Below, piece by piece: positions 19,132-28,214 of a stretch of 64,000 nucleotides of DNA (its first letter is position 1; every line of letters starts with the position of its first letter). The stretch lies in IMG/VR virus record IMGVR_UViG_3300021185_002017; one strand, written 5' to 3'. The position numbers and the translations under genes are program-made. The stretch is from a virus. Lineage: Duplodnaviria; Caudoviricetes. The notes under the pieces are model-generated. The model worked only from the letters and a program-made list of their open reading frames with translations, ran no database searches and was not told where the DNA came from.

Positions 19132-19575
19132 ATGGAAGAGATGAGAGAACTTAATGAGCAACGAGTTTGCGAATTATTAAATGAAATAGTAGAACTAGAA
19201 ATGGCTGGTGTTGTAAGATACGCACACAGTTCATTGATGATTACTGGACCATATAGATTACCTATTGTAACTTTTTTGCAAGAACAAGCAAATGAAAGTT
19301 TACAACATGCATTACAAGCAGGCGAATTTATAACAGGATTCGAAGGTCATCCAAGCCAAAAGATTTCTAAAATTGAAGAGAATCACGACCACAGTGTATT
19401 ACAAATACTCACCGAAAGTTTAGAACACGAAATGAATGCTGTCAGCAAGTACAAGGAACTATTAAATGAAGTTGCTGATGCGAGTATTATGTTAGAAGAA
19501 TATGCTAGAGGTCAAATTGGCATGGAAGAGCAACATGCTTTAGAAATCAAAAAGATGCTCAAGGACTTTGGATAA
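19132..19575 (+). CDS. Ferritin-like / bacterioferritin di-iron protein
   Basis: Four-helix pattern with E..E.AG..RY, E.NE..QH, LEHE..A..KY and EEQH ligands. Confidence 0.8.
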   Translation: MEEMRELNEQRVCELLNEIVELEMAGVVRYAHSSLMITGPYRLPIVTFLQEQANESLQHALQAGEFITGFEGHPSQKISKIEENHDHSVLQILTESLEHEMNAVSKYKELLNEVADASIMLEEYARGQIGMEEQHALEIKKMLKDFG

Positions 19576-19590
19576 CAAAGGTAACATATA

Positions 19591-20940
19591 ATGGCAAAGA
19601 AAAACTTAGATTACTGGTACGATGGCCAAGTTAAAAGATACTTGCAACAACTTATCAGAGTCTTTTCACATTTTCAAGTAGCAGAAAATACATCTAATGG
19701 TGTACACTACAATACTGTGCCTTGCCGTTATGCAGATCAAAGTAGAATGGTTGCACAAATACTACGCAATAACTCAGAGAATGTTGTTGCTAGTGCGCCT
19801 TTTATAGCATGTAGTATACAGAGTTTACAGGTTGCTAGAGATAGAATCATGGAGCCTAACTTTGTGAAAACTTCACAGGTTGCTGAACGAGAATTTAATA
19901 CTGCTACAGGACAATATGAATCAGGGCAAGGAAACTTGTACACTGTACAGCGATATATGCCTGTACCGTATAATTTAACATTACAAGTAGATATATGGAC
20001 AACCAACACTGATACTAAACTGCAAATATTAGAGCAGTTAATGATATTATTCAATCCTACTATACAGTTACAATCAAACAATAATCCATTAGATTGGACT
20101 AATATATTTGAACTTGAATTAACTGATGTGCAGTGGAGCAGTAGAAGTATACCGCAAGGCGTTGACGAATCAATTGATGTTGCAACAATGAGTTTTGCAA
20201 TACCTATTTGGCTTAGTCCACCTGCTAAAGTTAAGAAGCAAACTATTATACAACAAATAGTAACTGACTTACACGAAACAAACGATATAGATAGTTTAGG
20301 GTTTGATTCAGACTTAGCAGACTTTTTTGCACAGGTACCAGACACTGCTGAAATTGTTACAACACCAGGTGATTACAAATTACAAATTGACGGTGCTAGT
20401 GCGGTATTGTTAGATAGTGCATACAACGGAGTTCGTTGGGCTGACTTAATAGAGATGCAAGGCGAGTTAACAGCAACATCTAAACTTAAATTAAACTTAA
20501 CTAATGACAGCGATAATGATTTAGATGCTGTTATAGGAAGTGTATCATATAACACAATTGACCCAACAAAATTAATATTTAATATTGACCCAGAAACACT
20601 TCCAGCAGATACATTAGATAATGTAGATAAAATATTAGATCCTAGAACATCGTACCCAAGCGATGGCAGTTTAGCATCAGCAGAAACAGGACAAAGATAT
20701 TTAATAACAGAAACACTTACAAAGTCAGGATATCCTAATTGGGATATTGAGGCTAATGAAAATGATATCATAGAATATGATGGTACAAAATGGGTAGTAT
20801 CTTTTAATGCTAGTAACATTGATACTTTACAATATACAACAAACACATACACAAATAAGCAATATAAATGGTCCAATGGTTCTTGGACTAGCAGTCACGA
20901 AGGTGTTTACAATGCAACCTTTTGGCGTTTGTTGCTTTAA
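19591..20940 (+). CDS. gp15: Tail terminator / sheath stabiliser (gp15-like) with C-terminal extension
   Basis: YWYDGQVKRYL, PVPYNLTLQVDIWT.N.D.KLQILEQL..LFNP motif; extra ~200 aa C-terminal region. Confidence 0.85.
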   Translation: MAKKNLDYWYDGQVKRYLQQLIRVFSHFQVAENTSNGVHYNTVPCRYADQSRMVAQILRNNSENVVASAPFIACSIQSLQVARDRIMEPNFVKTSQVAEREFNTATGQYESGQGNLYTVQRYMPVPYNLTLQVDIWTTNTDTKLQILEQLMILFNPTIQLQSNNNPLDWTNIFELELTDVQWSSRSIPQGVDESIDVATMSFAIPIWLSPPAKVKKQTIIQQIVTDLHETNDIDSLGFDSDLADFFAQVPDTAEIVTTPGDYKLQIDGASAVLLDSAYNGVRWADLIEMQGELTATSKLKLNLTNDSDNDLDAVIGSVSYNTIDPTKLIFNIDPETLPADTLDNVDKILDPRTSYPSDGSLASAETGQRYLITETLTKSGYPNWDIEANENDIIEYDGTKWVVSFNASNIDTLQYTTNTYTNKQYKWSNGSWTSSHEGVYNATFWRLLL

Positions 20941-20951
20941 GAGGAAAATAA

Positions 20952-21374
20952 ATGACTACAGCAGCAGGAGTTTTATTTCTTGCTAAAGACACAGGAAGAT
21001 GTCTTTTTCAATTAAGAAAGGCTGAAAAGAGATTTAAAAACACATGGGGTTTCTGGGGAGGCACCATGCACAAAGCCGAAACGCCATATGCTTGTATCCA
21101 ACGAGAGTTAAAAGAAGAAATTGGGTTCGTTCCAGAACTTCAAAAATTAAATCCTATCGATGTATTCCAAAGTAAAGATAAAAAGTTTTTTTACTACAGT
21201 TTCATATATGTAGTAGACAAAGAATTTTCACCTATATTAAATAACGAGAGTGCAGGTTACTGCTGGGTTGATATTGATTGGTGGCCTTCTCCGTTGCACA
21301 CAGGAGCAAAGGTTACTCTTGTTAACAACAAAGGTGCAGAAAAAATTCACACAATCCTAGAAGTAAATTCCTGA
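20952..21374 (+). CDS. NUDIX hydrolase
   Basis: NUDIX box WGGTMHKAETPYACIQRELKEEIG. Confidence 0.9.
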   Translation: MTTAAGVLFLAKDTGRCLFQLRKAEKRFKNTWGFWGGTMHKAETPYACIQRELKEEIGFVPELQKLNPIDVFQSKDKKFFYYSFIYVVDKEFSPILNNESAGYCWVDIDWWPSPLHTGAKVTLVNNKGAEKIHTILEVNS

Positions 21375-21386
21375 TAAATATATAAC

Positions 21387-22013
21387 ATGAAAGGCGAGGT
21401 AATAAACTTCGAAGTTCTACGGATACAAAGCGAACTTGATAATTATAGTCGCACAGAAACCTTACCACACCTACTGTTGAACGGGGCATATGATTTAGAT
21501 GAAATATTTGATGCCTACTACGATAAACTAACACCCAAACACAAACTAATTGCAGATCACTTAAAGAGTAACTATGCTACTACTTTAACTAACTGTATAA
21601 CAAGTTTGCGTATGGCTTTGAAAAAAGAGTATGTGGCGGTGATGAAGGATTTATCAACGGAACATGAATCGTTTATATTTGACCATGTTATGAACAAATA
21701 TAGACCGGGCATAAATCCTGTTAGGGCATTGTATTACGAGATACGAGAAGTAAAAAGAAATTTTAGTAGTGAGAACGACTATCATGTCTGGCTGACTGAA
21801 TTACTTACAGACAAAGGCTTTAGAAATATTCTCGAAGATGCTCTAAGAAAAGATGTAACTCGATTAGAAAAAATTATTGCTAGATACTATTTGCCAATAG
21901 TTAAAAACTCTACTGATATACCGCTTGAACTGTTTCATGCTAAACAAACTATTAGTGACTTCCGTCACTATGCTGGTGTGTTTAGAGATATAGACGGTTC
22001 TATGTTTGAGTAA
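21387..22013 (+). CDS. Hypothetical protein
   Basis: 208 aa; GATAAATA at 21373-21380; its stop abuts the convergent cyclase stop with no gap. Confidence 0.75.
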   Translation: MKGEVINFEVLRIQSELDNYSRTETLPHLLLNGAYDLDEIFDAYYDKLTPKHKLIADHLKSNYATTLTNCITSLRMALKKEYVAVMKDLSTEHESFIFDHVMNKYRPGINPVRALYYEIREVKRNFSSENDYHVWLTELLTDKGFRNILEDALRKDVTRLEKIIARYYLPIVKNSTDIPLELFHAKQTISDFRHYAGVFRDIDGSMFE

Positions 22014-24071
22014 TTATTTAGAAGTAGCAATAAAAACACCGTCCCAATCTTTAGGCAGTGTTTGAGTCTTTTGAAATTCGCAACGCTCAATCCACATATC
22101 ATAATAACCTTTCATCTTACCTTCAAAGGCATCGTGTAGTTGCTCACATAATATAATTGCTTTATCAAAGTTTTGTTTACGATATTGCATGTGCATATCT
22201 TCGTGCATTTGTCTTGCTTTTGCATACTTGCCTACTTTAATATCAAGTACTGTGTATATTTCGATGCCCACAGTCTTTCCTTTTACTGCTAGGTCATCTA
22301 CTTTAAGATAAAAGAATTTATTATGTGTGTGCTTGTAAGTGTCTCCTCCCACTAACAACAAGCAACCATATTCCTTACACTTACTTTCTATTCTCGCGGC
22401 AGTACTAACTGCGTCTCCGAGTATGTCATATGAATGTCTGGCAGTGGAGCCCATCTCCCCAATATAACCGAGCCCAGTATTAATACCAGCACCCATACCA
22501 ACTGGCGGTCTACCTTCTTTAACAATTTTATCATTGAATTCCTCTACTGCTCTAAGCATTAGTAATCCTGTGTTCACAGCACTTGCAGGATGATCTGGGT
22601 CGTCCATTGGTGCATTGTGTATGTGCATACTTGCATCGCCAATATACTTAATAACCATTCCGTCTGCATCAAGTATAGGCTGTGTAATGGCATCCATGTA
22701 ACCATTCATTATTTTTGTTAGTCCTTGAACATCATCACCAAAACTTTCTCCTAGTGGGGTGAAGCCACGCAAATCTGAGAAGCATATACTAACTTCTTTT
22801 TTCATACCTTGTTTAATTAAGTCTGGATTTTCTTGCAACATTCTAACAACTGTAGGAGAGGCATATCCAGCAAATTGTTTCTGTATTTCTGCTCGTAGTT
22901 TAAACTGTATCCAAAAGTTATTAAAACTTGCCTGTGTAAAGATTAAGAATGCACTTATTGCAGGAAAAGTAGCATCAAATAAAACTAAGTTTGCTGTATA
23001 AGAATGTACACTATAATATACAATTCCGCCTATAATAGTGACTGTAGTTACTAATCCTGCCCATATAGGCAACTTATATATTGCTAAAGCAATTAATATC
23101 ATGCTCAACAACGCACACAGAAGCTCTGTAAGCAACGATAATTCAGATCTGGTAATGTTACTCCCGTCTATAAAATTCTGTAGCATAGACGCTTGTATTT
23201 GCTGTGGTAGTACGTTGCCTCTAGGTGTGGGTACCGGATTGGCAACGCCTTCTGCACTCACACCCACAATAACGAACTTTCCGCCTAAGTTAGGCAGTTC
23301 ACTCGCATCTACATATTCGTGTTCTTCAAAAGTGTTATTAAATCGTATATATGCTGTACCATTTGGTGTTGTTACTATTGGTTCAAAGGGTGGTACTGCA
23401 AACTCTTGTATTCCTATTTCACTAGTCTTTAAAATGTAACTAGGTTTTTGTGTATAAGTCCTTAACATCTCAATAGCAAAACTAGGATATATCTTTCCCT
23501 CTACTCCAATCGCTAGTGGGTAAGTTCTTGTTTGGTTATCAGGCTGAGGAGCACTTGCTACTACTCCAATACCTGCGGCTACACTTTCTAGTGGTTCAAT
23601 ATTCGTTACGAGATTCGGCCATGTCAGCAAGTAGTTGGTAGCGGGTACTGGGCCTATCGTTCCTGTACCAATGTGCGGACCTGTACTCTTTACTCCTCTG
23701 GAAGATGGGGTTTGGGATAAAACTATGCCGTTGTCTTTCATCCAACTGGAAAGTACTGGATCTCCTCCAAACCGGTCCGTCTCCGGAAACATCACTGTTA
23801 GCCCTATCATTCCTGCATTCTTGTTTCTCAGGTCTGATATTAGTTGTGCAAAATTCTGTCTTGGCCATGGCCATTGTCCCCACTGTTGTAGGCTTTTTTC
23901 GCCAATGTTTATTACTACAACTTCGTTACTTTGTTTAACTTCATCTAATTGTTGGTAGTAATCGAATGTCTGTGAACGCAGACTTTGAACTGGTGTTGGG
24001 TCAGCAACTTTGAGAGCTGTAAGTAATACTATAGATATTGCTACGGCCCAGCCGCTGTATAACCATTTCAT
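22014..24071 (-). CDS. CHASE2-domain class III adenylate/guanylate cyclase
   Basis: N-terminal TM, CHASE2 signature (GQWPWPRQNFAQL, FPETDR, PVPTP), three TM helices, cyclase core FSDLRGFT, KYIGDA, GINTG, YDILGDAVSTAARIE. Confidence 0.92.
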   Translation of the reverse strand: MKWLYSGWAVAISIVLLTALKVADPTPVQSLRSQTFDYYQQLDEVKQSNEVVVINIGEKSLQQWGQWPWPRQNFAQLISDLRNKNAGMIGLTVMFPETDRFGGDPVLSSWMKDNGIVLSQTPSSRGVKSTGPHIGTGTIGPVPATNYLLTWPNLVTNIEPLESVAAGIGVVASAPQPDNQTRTYPLAIGVEGKIYPSFAIEMLRTYTQKPSYILKTSEIGIQEFAVPPFEPIVTTPNGTAYIRFNNTFEEHEYVDASELPNLGGKFVIVGVSAEGVANPVPTPRGNVLPQQIQASMLQNFIDGSNITRSELSLLTELLCALLSMILIALAIYKLPIWAGLVTTVTIIGGIVYYSVHSYTANLVLFDATFPAISAFLIFTQASFNNFWIQFKLRAEIQKQFAGYASPTVVRMLQENPDLIKQGMKKEVSICFSDLRGFTPLGESFGDDVQGLTKIMNGYMDAITQPILDADGMVIKYIGDASMHIHNAPMDDPDHPASAVNTGLLMLRAVEEFNDKIVKEGRPPVGMGAGINTGLGYIGEMGSTARHSYDILGDAVSTAARIESKCKEYGCLLLVGGDTYKHTHNKFFYLKVDDLAVKGKTVGIEIYTVLDIKVGKYAKARQMHEDMHMQYRKQNFDKAIILCEQLHDAFEGKMKGYYDMWIERCEFQKTQTLPKDWDGVFIATSK

Positions 24072-24076
24072 ATCAA

Positions 24077-24084
24077 TATTTATC
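24077..24084 (-). promoter_or_regulatory. T4-like late promoter (GATAAATA) for the cyclase
   Basis: Exact motif 5 nt upstream of the cyclase start. Confidence 0.6.
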
Positions 24085-24589
24085 GTATTCTATTGCAGTT
24101 ATTTCTGGCTTCGGATAGCACATCATAGTTATTTGCAATCACATGAGCCATTATAAAATTTGGTGCGTATAAGTCGTTGTTTTGAATATCACGCCATTGT
24201 GAATATAATGCAGGACCTAGTAATATTAACTTTAGAAATATTATTTCTTCTGTTGAAGGTCGTTTGCCTAATAAGGGATTTAATTCTTCTACACAGTCAA
24301 ATTTTAATGCCTCTTTAGTTGTGTATACATCTAATAATTGTAATGTAAAAAATATTGTCCATTGCACATTATCAGCTCGTTCGAATGTAAAGTCTAAATC
24401 AAGTTTAGGGTGGGTGAGATGCTTAGGCATATCTTTGTACTGTTCTAATAGTACGCCGTTTATTGTTTCTTCACTGTAGCAACAATAATTACCTGCGTAT
24501 ATAAGTTGTTTTTGAGTTAATGTTAAACTGAGGGCATTTGTACTAAAAAATAAAAGCGACAACGATGCTATTATCATTGCCGCTTTCAC
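24080..24589 (-). CDS. Secreted/membrane hypothetical protein
   Basis: Signal-peptide-like N-terminus; LQLLDVYTT...ELNPLLG segment; GTG start. Confidence 0.65.
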   Translation of the reverse strand: MKAAMIIASLSLLFFSTNALSLTLTQKQLIYAGNYCCYSEETINGVLLEQYKDMPKHLTHPKLDLDFTFERADNVQWTIFFTLQLLDVYTTKEALKFDCVEELNPLLGKRPSTEEIIFLKLILLGPALYSQWRDIQNNDLYAPNFIMAHVIANNYDVLSEARNNCNRIR

Positions 24590-24590
24590 C

Positions 24591-24713
24591 TTACTCGCAC
24601 TCCTGAGGATTTTCAGAACAATATTTTTTGATTTGTTGAATTAACATTTTTATATCGCTCTCATTATCTGCCTTCTTCTCCTTTCGTGGAGACAAAAGGC
24701 TTAGTCCTTTTTT
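24591..24713 (-). other. Candidate programmed -1 frameshift site and 38 aa extension frame of the lipoprotein gene
   Basis: A_AAA_AAG (24713-24707) just before the TAA; hairpin 7 nt downstream (24699-24671); the -1 frame is open to TAA at 24593-24591. Confidence 0.65.
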
Positions 24714-25003
24714 GGTTCTTGCAATTCGTCAGTTTGTTTATCGACTTCCTGTTCTACAGTTTCTATAACACCACTAGCTGCTTCCGCTGCTGTAGTTGCT
24801 ATGCTAGAAGCATCTTTTAAAACCGCTTGACTTACAGTCGAAACGGCATTAACAGATCCATCTACTACGCCGGTTGTGAACTCTTTACCACCTTCAATAA
24901 CTGCACCAACTGATGCACATGACGGTAAAAATACCACCAAACTGAGACCTGCTAGAATAGTGAATAGTCTATTCATAAGGTTCTCCTTAGTTTGTTGTAA
25001 CAT
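24701..25003 (-). CDS. Small lipoprotein
   Basis: Signal peptide with lipobox-like FLPSC; probable start at MNRLF (after GGAGA RBS); GGTAAATA late-type motif at 25025-25032. Confidence 0.7.
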   Translation of the reverse strand: MLQQTKENLMNRLFTILAGLSLVVFLPSCASVGAVIEGGKEFTTGVVDGSVNAVSTVSQAVLKDASSIATTAAEAASGVIETVEQEVDKQTDELQEPKKD

Positions 25004-25052
25004 GCGGCATGCATATTACAATAGTATTTACCTTATATAAAGGCAAGTTATC

Positions 25053-25169
25053 TTAGATTAGAAGTAATCCTATTGCAAAGCCTATGTTTAAGCCTATAGA
25101 ACAAACTAATATAAAGTCCTTATTAAACGAATATGGTACTAGTTCTACTATTTCTTTGTTATGTGCCAT
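25053..25169 (-). CDS. 38 aa single-TM micro-protein (not in ORF track)
   Basis: AGGAATAGG RBS then MAHNKEIVELVPYSFNKDFILVCSIGLNIGFAIGLLLI*; fills the gap after the curlin gene. Confidence 0.55.
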   Translation of the reverse strand: MAHNKEIVELVPYSFNKDFILVCSIGLNIGFAIGLLLI

Positions 25170-25176
25170 CCTATTC

Positions 25177-26265
25177 CTAGTTGCTACCATTCACTGTTAT
25201 TGAACACCCTGCTGTGTTAAAACATATACCTGTGATGCTGTAAGTGCCTGCTGATGATGTCATGTTTTGTATTAAGTCAAGTGTGTAAGCACCAGTACCG
25301 TATGTTAAATCTATGGTTGCTGTTGCGTTATTGCTGCCTCGTTGGTTAACATCAACACTATGTCCATCACCATCTAACACAATGTCTGCCCATTTAACAC
25401 CACCGTTGCCTCGTTGATATAAGTCTACGGTGTTATTATCACCGCCTATTTCTATAAAGCCATCGTGTCCTGCTTTGCCCATTTGTGTATGCTCTACACT
25501 ATTACTATCGCCAGTAATAATATTTGCTAAATGATGTCCTGCTCCGCCGCCTGATCTGTTTGTATCTGTTTGATAACTTGCTAACGAATTATTATCTCCA
25601 GTCACAGTCCAGTATGCTTCGTGGTCTCCTACTTCGTCTGAATCTGTTGTGCCGTCGGCATGTTTGCCTTGCCATACTCTGAGATCGTTGTTATCTGATC
25701 CGGAACCCATAATAGCTCTAATATAATTGTCATCCTGCCCGTTACCCTGGAAAGCATCAATGCTATTATTGCTACCAGAAAATACTTCAAGGTAAGCATA
25801 ATGGTCATCGCCTTCTTGCCAAAGTTGTATTTCATTATCAGTGTTAGAATTACTAGTACCTGATTCTAACCAAGCATAATTGTTATCACCCATTACATCT
25901 ACTTTTAAATCAGTATAATTACCATGGGCATCTAATAATACTGCGTTGTAATCACCTTCTGTGTAGGCATCTAATGTTTGATTACTACCACTACTCCATA
26001 TACCTAAAACATTATTGTGGCCTCTTTGTTGTAGGCTTACTGTTTTTGTGGCGCCATTAAGAATGGCAGCTGAATTTGCGTTGTCTAATTTTCTAATTGT
26101 ATTGCCGGTCCCTGCTTGTAATATATCCATTGTTAGGTTATCACCTGTCTGATCTATATTTATTTCGTTGTCTTGGCCGTAGCATGCCTGTGCAGTAAAG
26201 AACATTAATATAACTAGTATACCTAAATGTGTTCCTGTTATTTTGTTTAATATATTTTTAATCAT
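25177..26265 (-). CDS. Curlin-repeat protein (CsgA/CsgB-like, long form)
   Basis: Signal peptide then many N-x-h-x-h-x-Q-x-G repeats (NEINIDQTG, NEIQLWQEG, NTVDLYQRG, HSVDVNQRG); probable start 26265 overlapping the FecR stop (track start 26295). Confidence 0.75.
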   Translation of the reverse strand: MIKNILNKITGTHLGILVILMFFTAQACYGQDNEINIDQTGDNLTMDILQAGTGNTIRKLDNANSAAILNGATKTVSLQQRGHNNVLGIWSSGSNQTLDAYTEGDYNAVLLDAHGNYTDLKVDVMGDNNYAWLESGTSNSNTDNEIQLWQEGDDHYAYLEVFSGSNNSIDAFQGNGQDDNYIRAIMGSGSDNNDLRVWQGKHADGTTDSDEVGDHEAYWTVTGDNNSLASYQTDTNRSGGGAGHHLANIITGDSNSVEHTQMGKAGHDGFIEIGGDNNTVDLYQRGNGGVKWADIVLDGDGHSVDVNQRGSNNATATIDLTYGTGAYTLDLIQNMTSSAGTYSITGICFNTAGCSITVNGSN

Positions 26266-27445
26266 TTTGTGTAATTTTAATGTATATGCCTTCACACTGG
26301 TTCAAGCAAAACACTGTTTCTCCCGTATCTGAATCGTTAATAATAATTTGAGCCATAGAGCCTTGTGCTAATTTTATTCCTATTTTATTATTAACTTCTC
26401 TTAGAAAAAATACCTTACCATCGTATTCTGGAAAATTATTAAACTGACTAGTAGGGTCTCGACCCCATTGTTGGCTTATTAATTTATCTCCAGAGCCACT
26501 TGACAGTTTTTCTTCTGCAAGTGCATCTATATCGTCACTTAAAACTTCAAGTAAATCGTTTAAAAACTCTACATTTAAATAATCTATATCTAACTCAGAA
26601 AATTCAAATTGTCGATCTGTATCTTCTTCTAATACTGCTTGGTCTAAAAAATCTTGGTCTAATCCATCAAAATCTAATAACCCAGCATCTCCTTTTAATT
26701 GTTCCTGTTGTTCTTCTTGTGCTACAGTAATCTCTTTTGGTTCTGATACAATGAACATGTTGTCTATCATATCTAAATTTAAGTTTACTAACTTAACTGG
26801 TGGAGTTGGTATAGTTTCAAATGTGCTTACCATTACTGCTTGGTATGCTTCATCTAATATTTGTGTACCACCATCATTAGTAACTGTTATACTTCCACTC
26901 GGAGCACAGCCTTCTTCTAATTTAACTTTGTCTGTACAATCTTCGTCTGGCAATAATATTACCAAACTTCTACCCAGTTCATCTACTGTGGTAGTAAAAT
27001 CTGTTCCCCTAATACCAATACTGGCTGTGGGGGTTTGTATTTGTATATTTTCTCTTGCTACAAGTCCTAATCCACCTGTGGCAAATCTTGCTGTTCCTGA
27101 CACAAAATTTAAAGCCATTTTACTTTTATTAGGGTCTGGATCAAATACATACTCGTTAATTTCCATGTATGTATTTTCTGTTAGACTAACTTGCGTATCG
27201 TCTACAAATTTAATCTTTAATCTACCGTTAGCAGTTTCTACTTCGTCCATGCTAACAATATTTGTTTCTAGTTCTGCTTGTAATGTTTCGCCTGTAGTTC
27301 TTGAAATCTTACCTACTGAACCAGATTGTTCAAATATGCCGCCAATATTCTCAGCGGCACTTATTGAACTTGTTGCAACGCAACTAAGTAGCAAAAGCCA
27401 CTTAATCTTGCTGAACAACGCTAACCGATGCATTTTCACTATCAA
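26258..27445 (-). CDS. FecR-domain periplasmic protein
   Basis: Signal peptide; DEVET.NGRLKIKFVDDTQVSL.EN...IQTPTASIGIRGTDF FecR signature; acidic C-half. True start is probably downstream of the track start. Confidence 0.85.
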   Translation of the reverse strand: MIVKMHRLALFSKIKWLLLLSCVATSSISAAENIGGIFEQSGSVGKISRTTGETLQAELETNIVSMDEVETANGRLKIKFVDDTQVSLTENTYMEINEYVFDPDPNKSKMALNFVSGTARFATGGLGLVARENIQIQTPTASIGIRGTDFTTTVDELGRSLVILLPDEDCTDKVKLEEGCAPSGSITVTNDGGTQILDEAYQAVMVSTFETIPTPPVKLVNLNLDMIDNMFIVSEPKEITVAQEEQQEQLKGDAGLLDFDGLDQDFLDQAVLEEDTDRQFEFSELDIDYLNVEFLNDLLEVLSDDIDALAEEKLSSGSGDKLISQQWGRDPTSQFNNFPEYDGKVFFLREVNNKIGIKLAQGSMAQIIINDSDTGETVFCLNQCEGIYIKITQND

Positions 27446-28196
27446 TTTCTAAATTGATAACTCCTGCACATGCTGGTGTGCATGTAGCAGTCATATTTTG
27501 TATCAGTTGGAAGTCTCCATCAGAGCCTTCGTATTCTACAATCATGCTGTTACCGTCATTACTAGCCTGCTTTGTTGCGAATGCATTGTCGTCACCTGTA
27601 ATATCAAAGTTCCAAACATTGTTACTTGAATCTATTACTATACCTGATAAAGTCTGTGTGCCGGTGGCATTATTGCCAGAACCTGCAGCCCATACTTTGC
27701 TGTTAGTAAAACTAGTTGAAAAGTCATTCCTGTCACCTAGTATAATTAGATCCATGTTGTTGCTTTCAGCAGCTGCGTTACCACCAATATCTATATCAAA
27801 TAAGTTCGTAGAACCTACTACGTTTGATAAGATATCGTTATAATCAGCACTACCTGAAGCACCCATGTTCATATCCCAAATATTACTATCGCCTTGGAAG
27901 TAAAAGTCAAGAACTGCTGTGCCGTCTCCGTCAGCAATCCATGAACCAAACATCTCGTTCAAGTTACCGTCTTGTATTAAGTCTACAATTAACGATGCAC
28001 CTGTAAGTGTTAAGTCCGCACTTTGACTTGTATTCCCGGATAAACTGTTACCGTAACCAGCCTGTAAGATAGTTAAGGTTAAGTTATCACCAACTTGTTC
28101 GATTAAAACTTCGTTATCTGCACTAGCTAAGTTCATTGATAAGAAGCAAATCGTAGCGAAGACACCTGCAATCATTTTGCGTGTAAAAGTCTTCAT
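27402..28196 (-). CDS. Curlin-repeat protein (CsgB/CsgA-like)
   Basis: Signal peptide ending ASA; DNEVLIEQVGDNLTLTILQAGYGN and further Q-x-G-x-x-N repeats; ATG at 28196 after GGAGA RBS (track start 28208). Confidence 0.7.
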   Translation of the reverse strand: MKTFTRKMIAGVFATICFLSMNLASADNEVLIEQVGDNLTLTILQAGYGNSLSGNTSQSADLTLTGASLIVDLIQDGNLNEMFGSWIADGDGTAVLDFYFQGDSNIWDMNMGASGSADYNDILSNVVGSTNLFDIDIGGNAAAESNNMDLIILGDRNDFSTSFTNSKVWAAGSGNNATGTQTLSGIVIDSSNNVWNFDITGDDNAFATKQASNDGNSMIVEYEGSDGDFQLIQNMTATCTPACAGVINLEIDSENASVSVVQQD

Positions 28197-28214
28197 TATA
28201 TTCTCCATATATGA

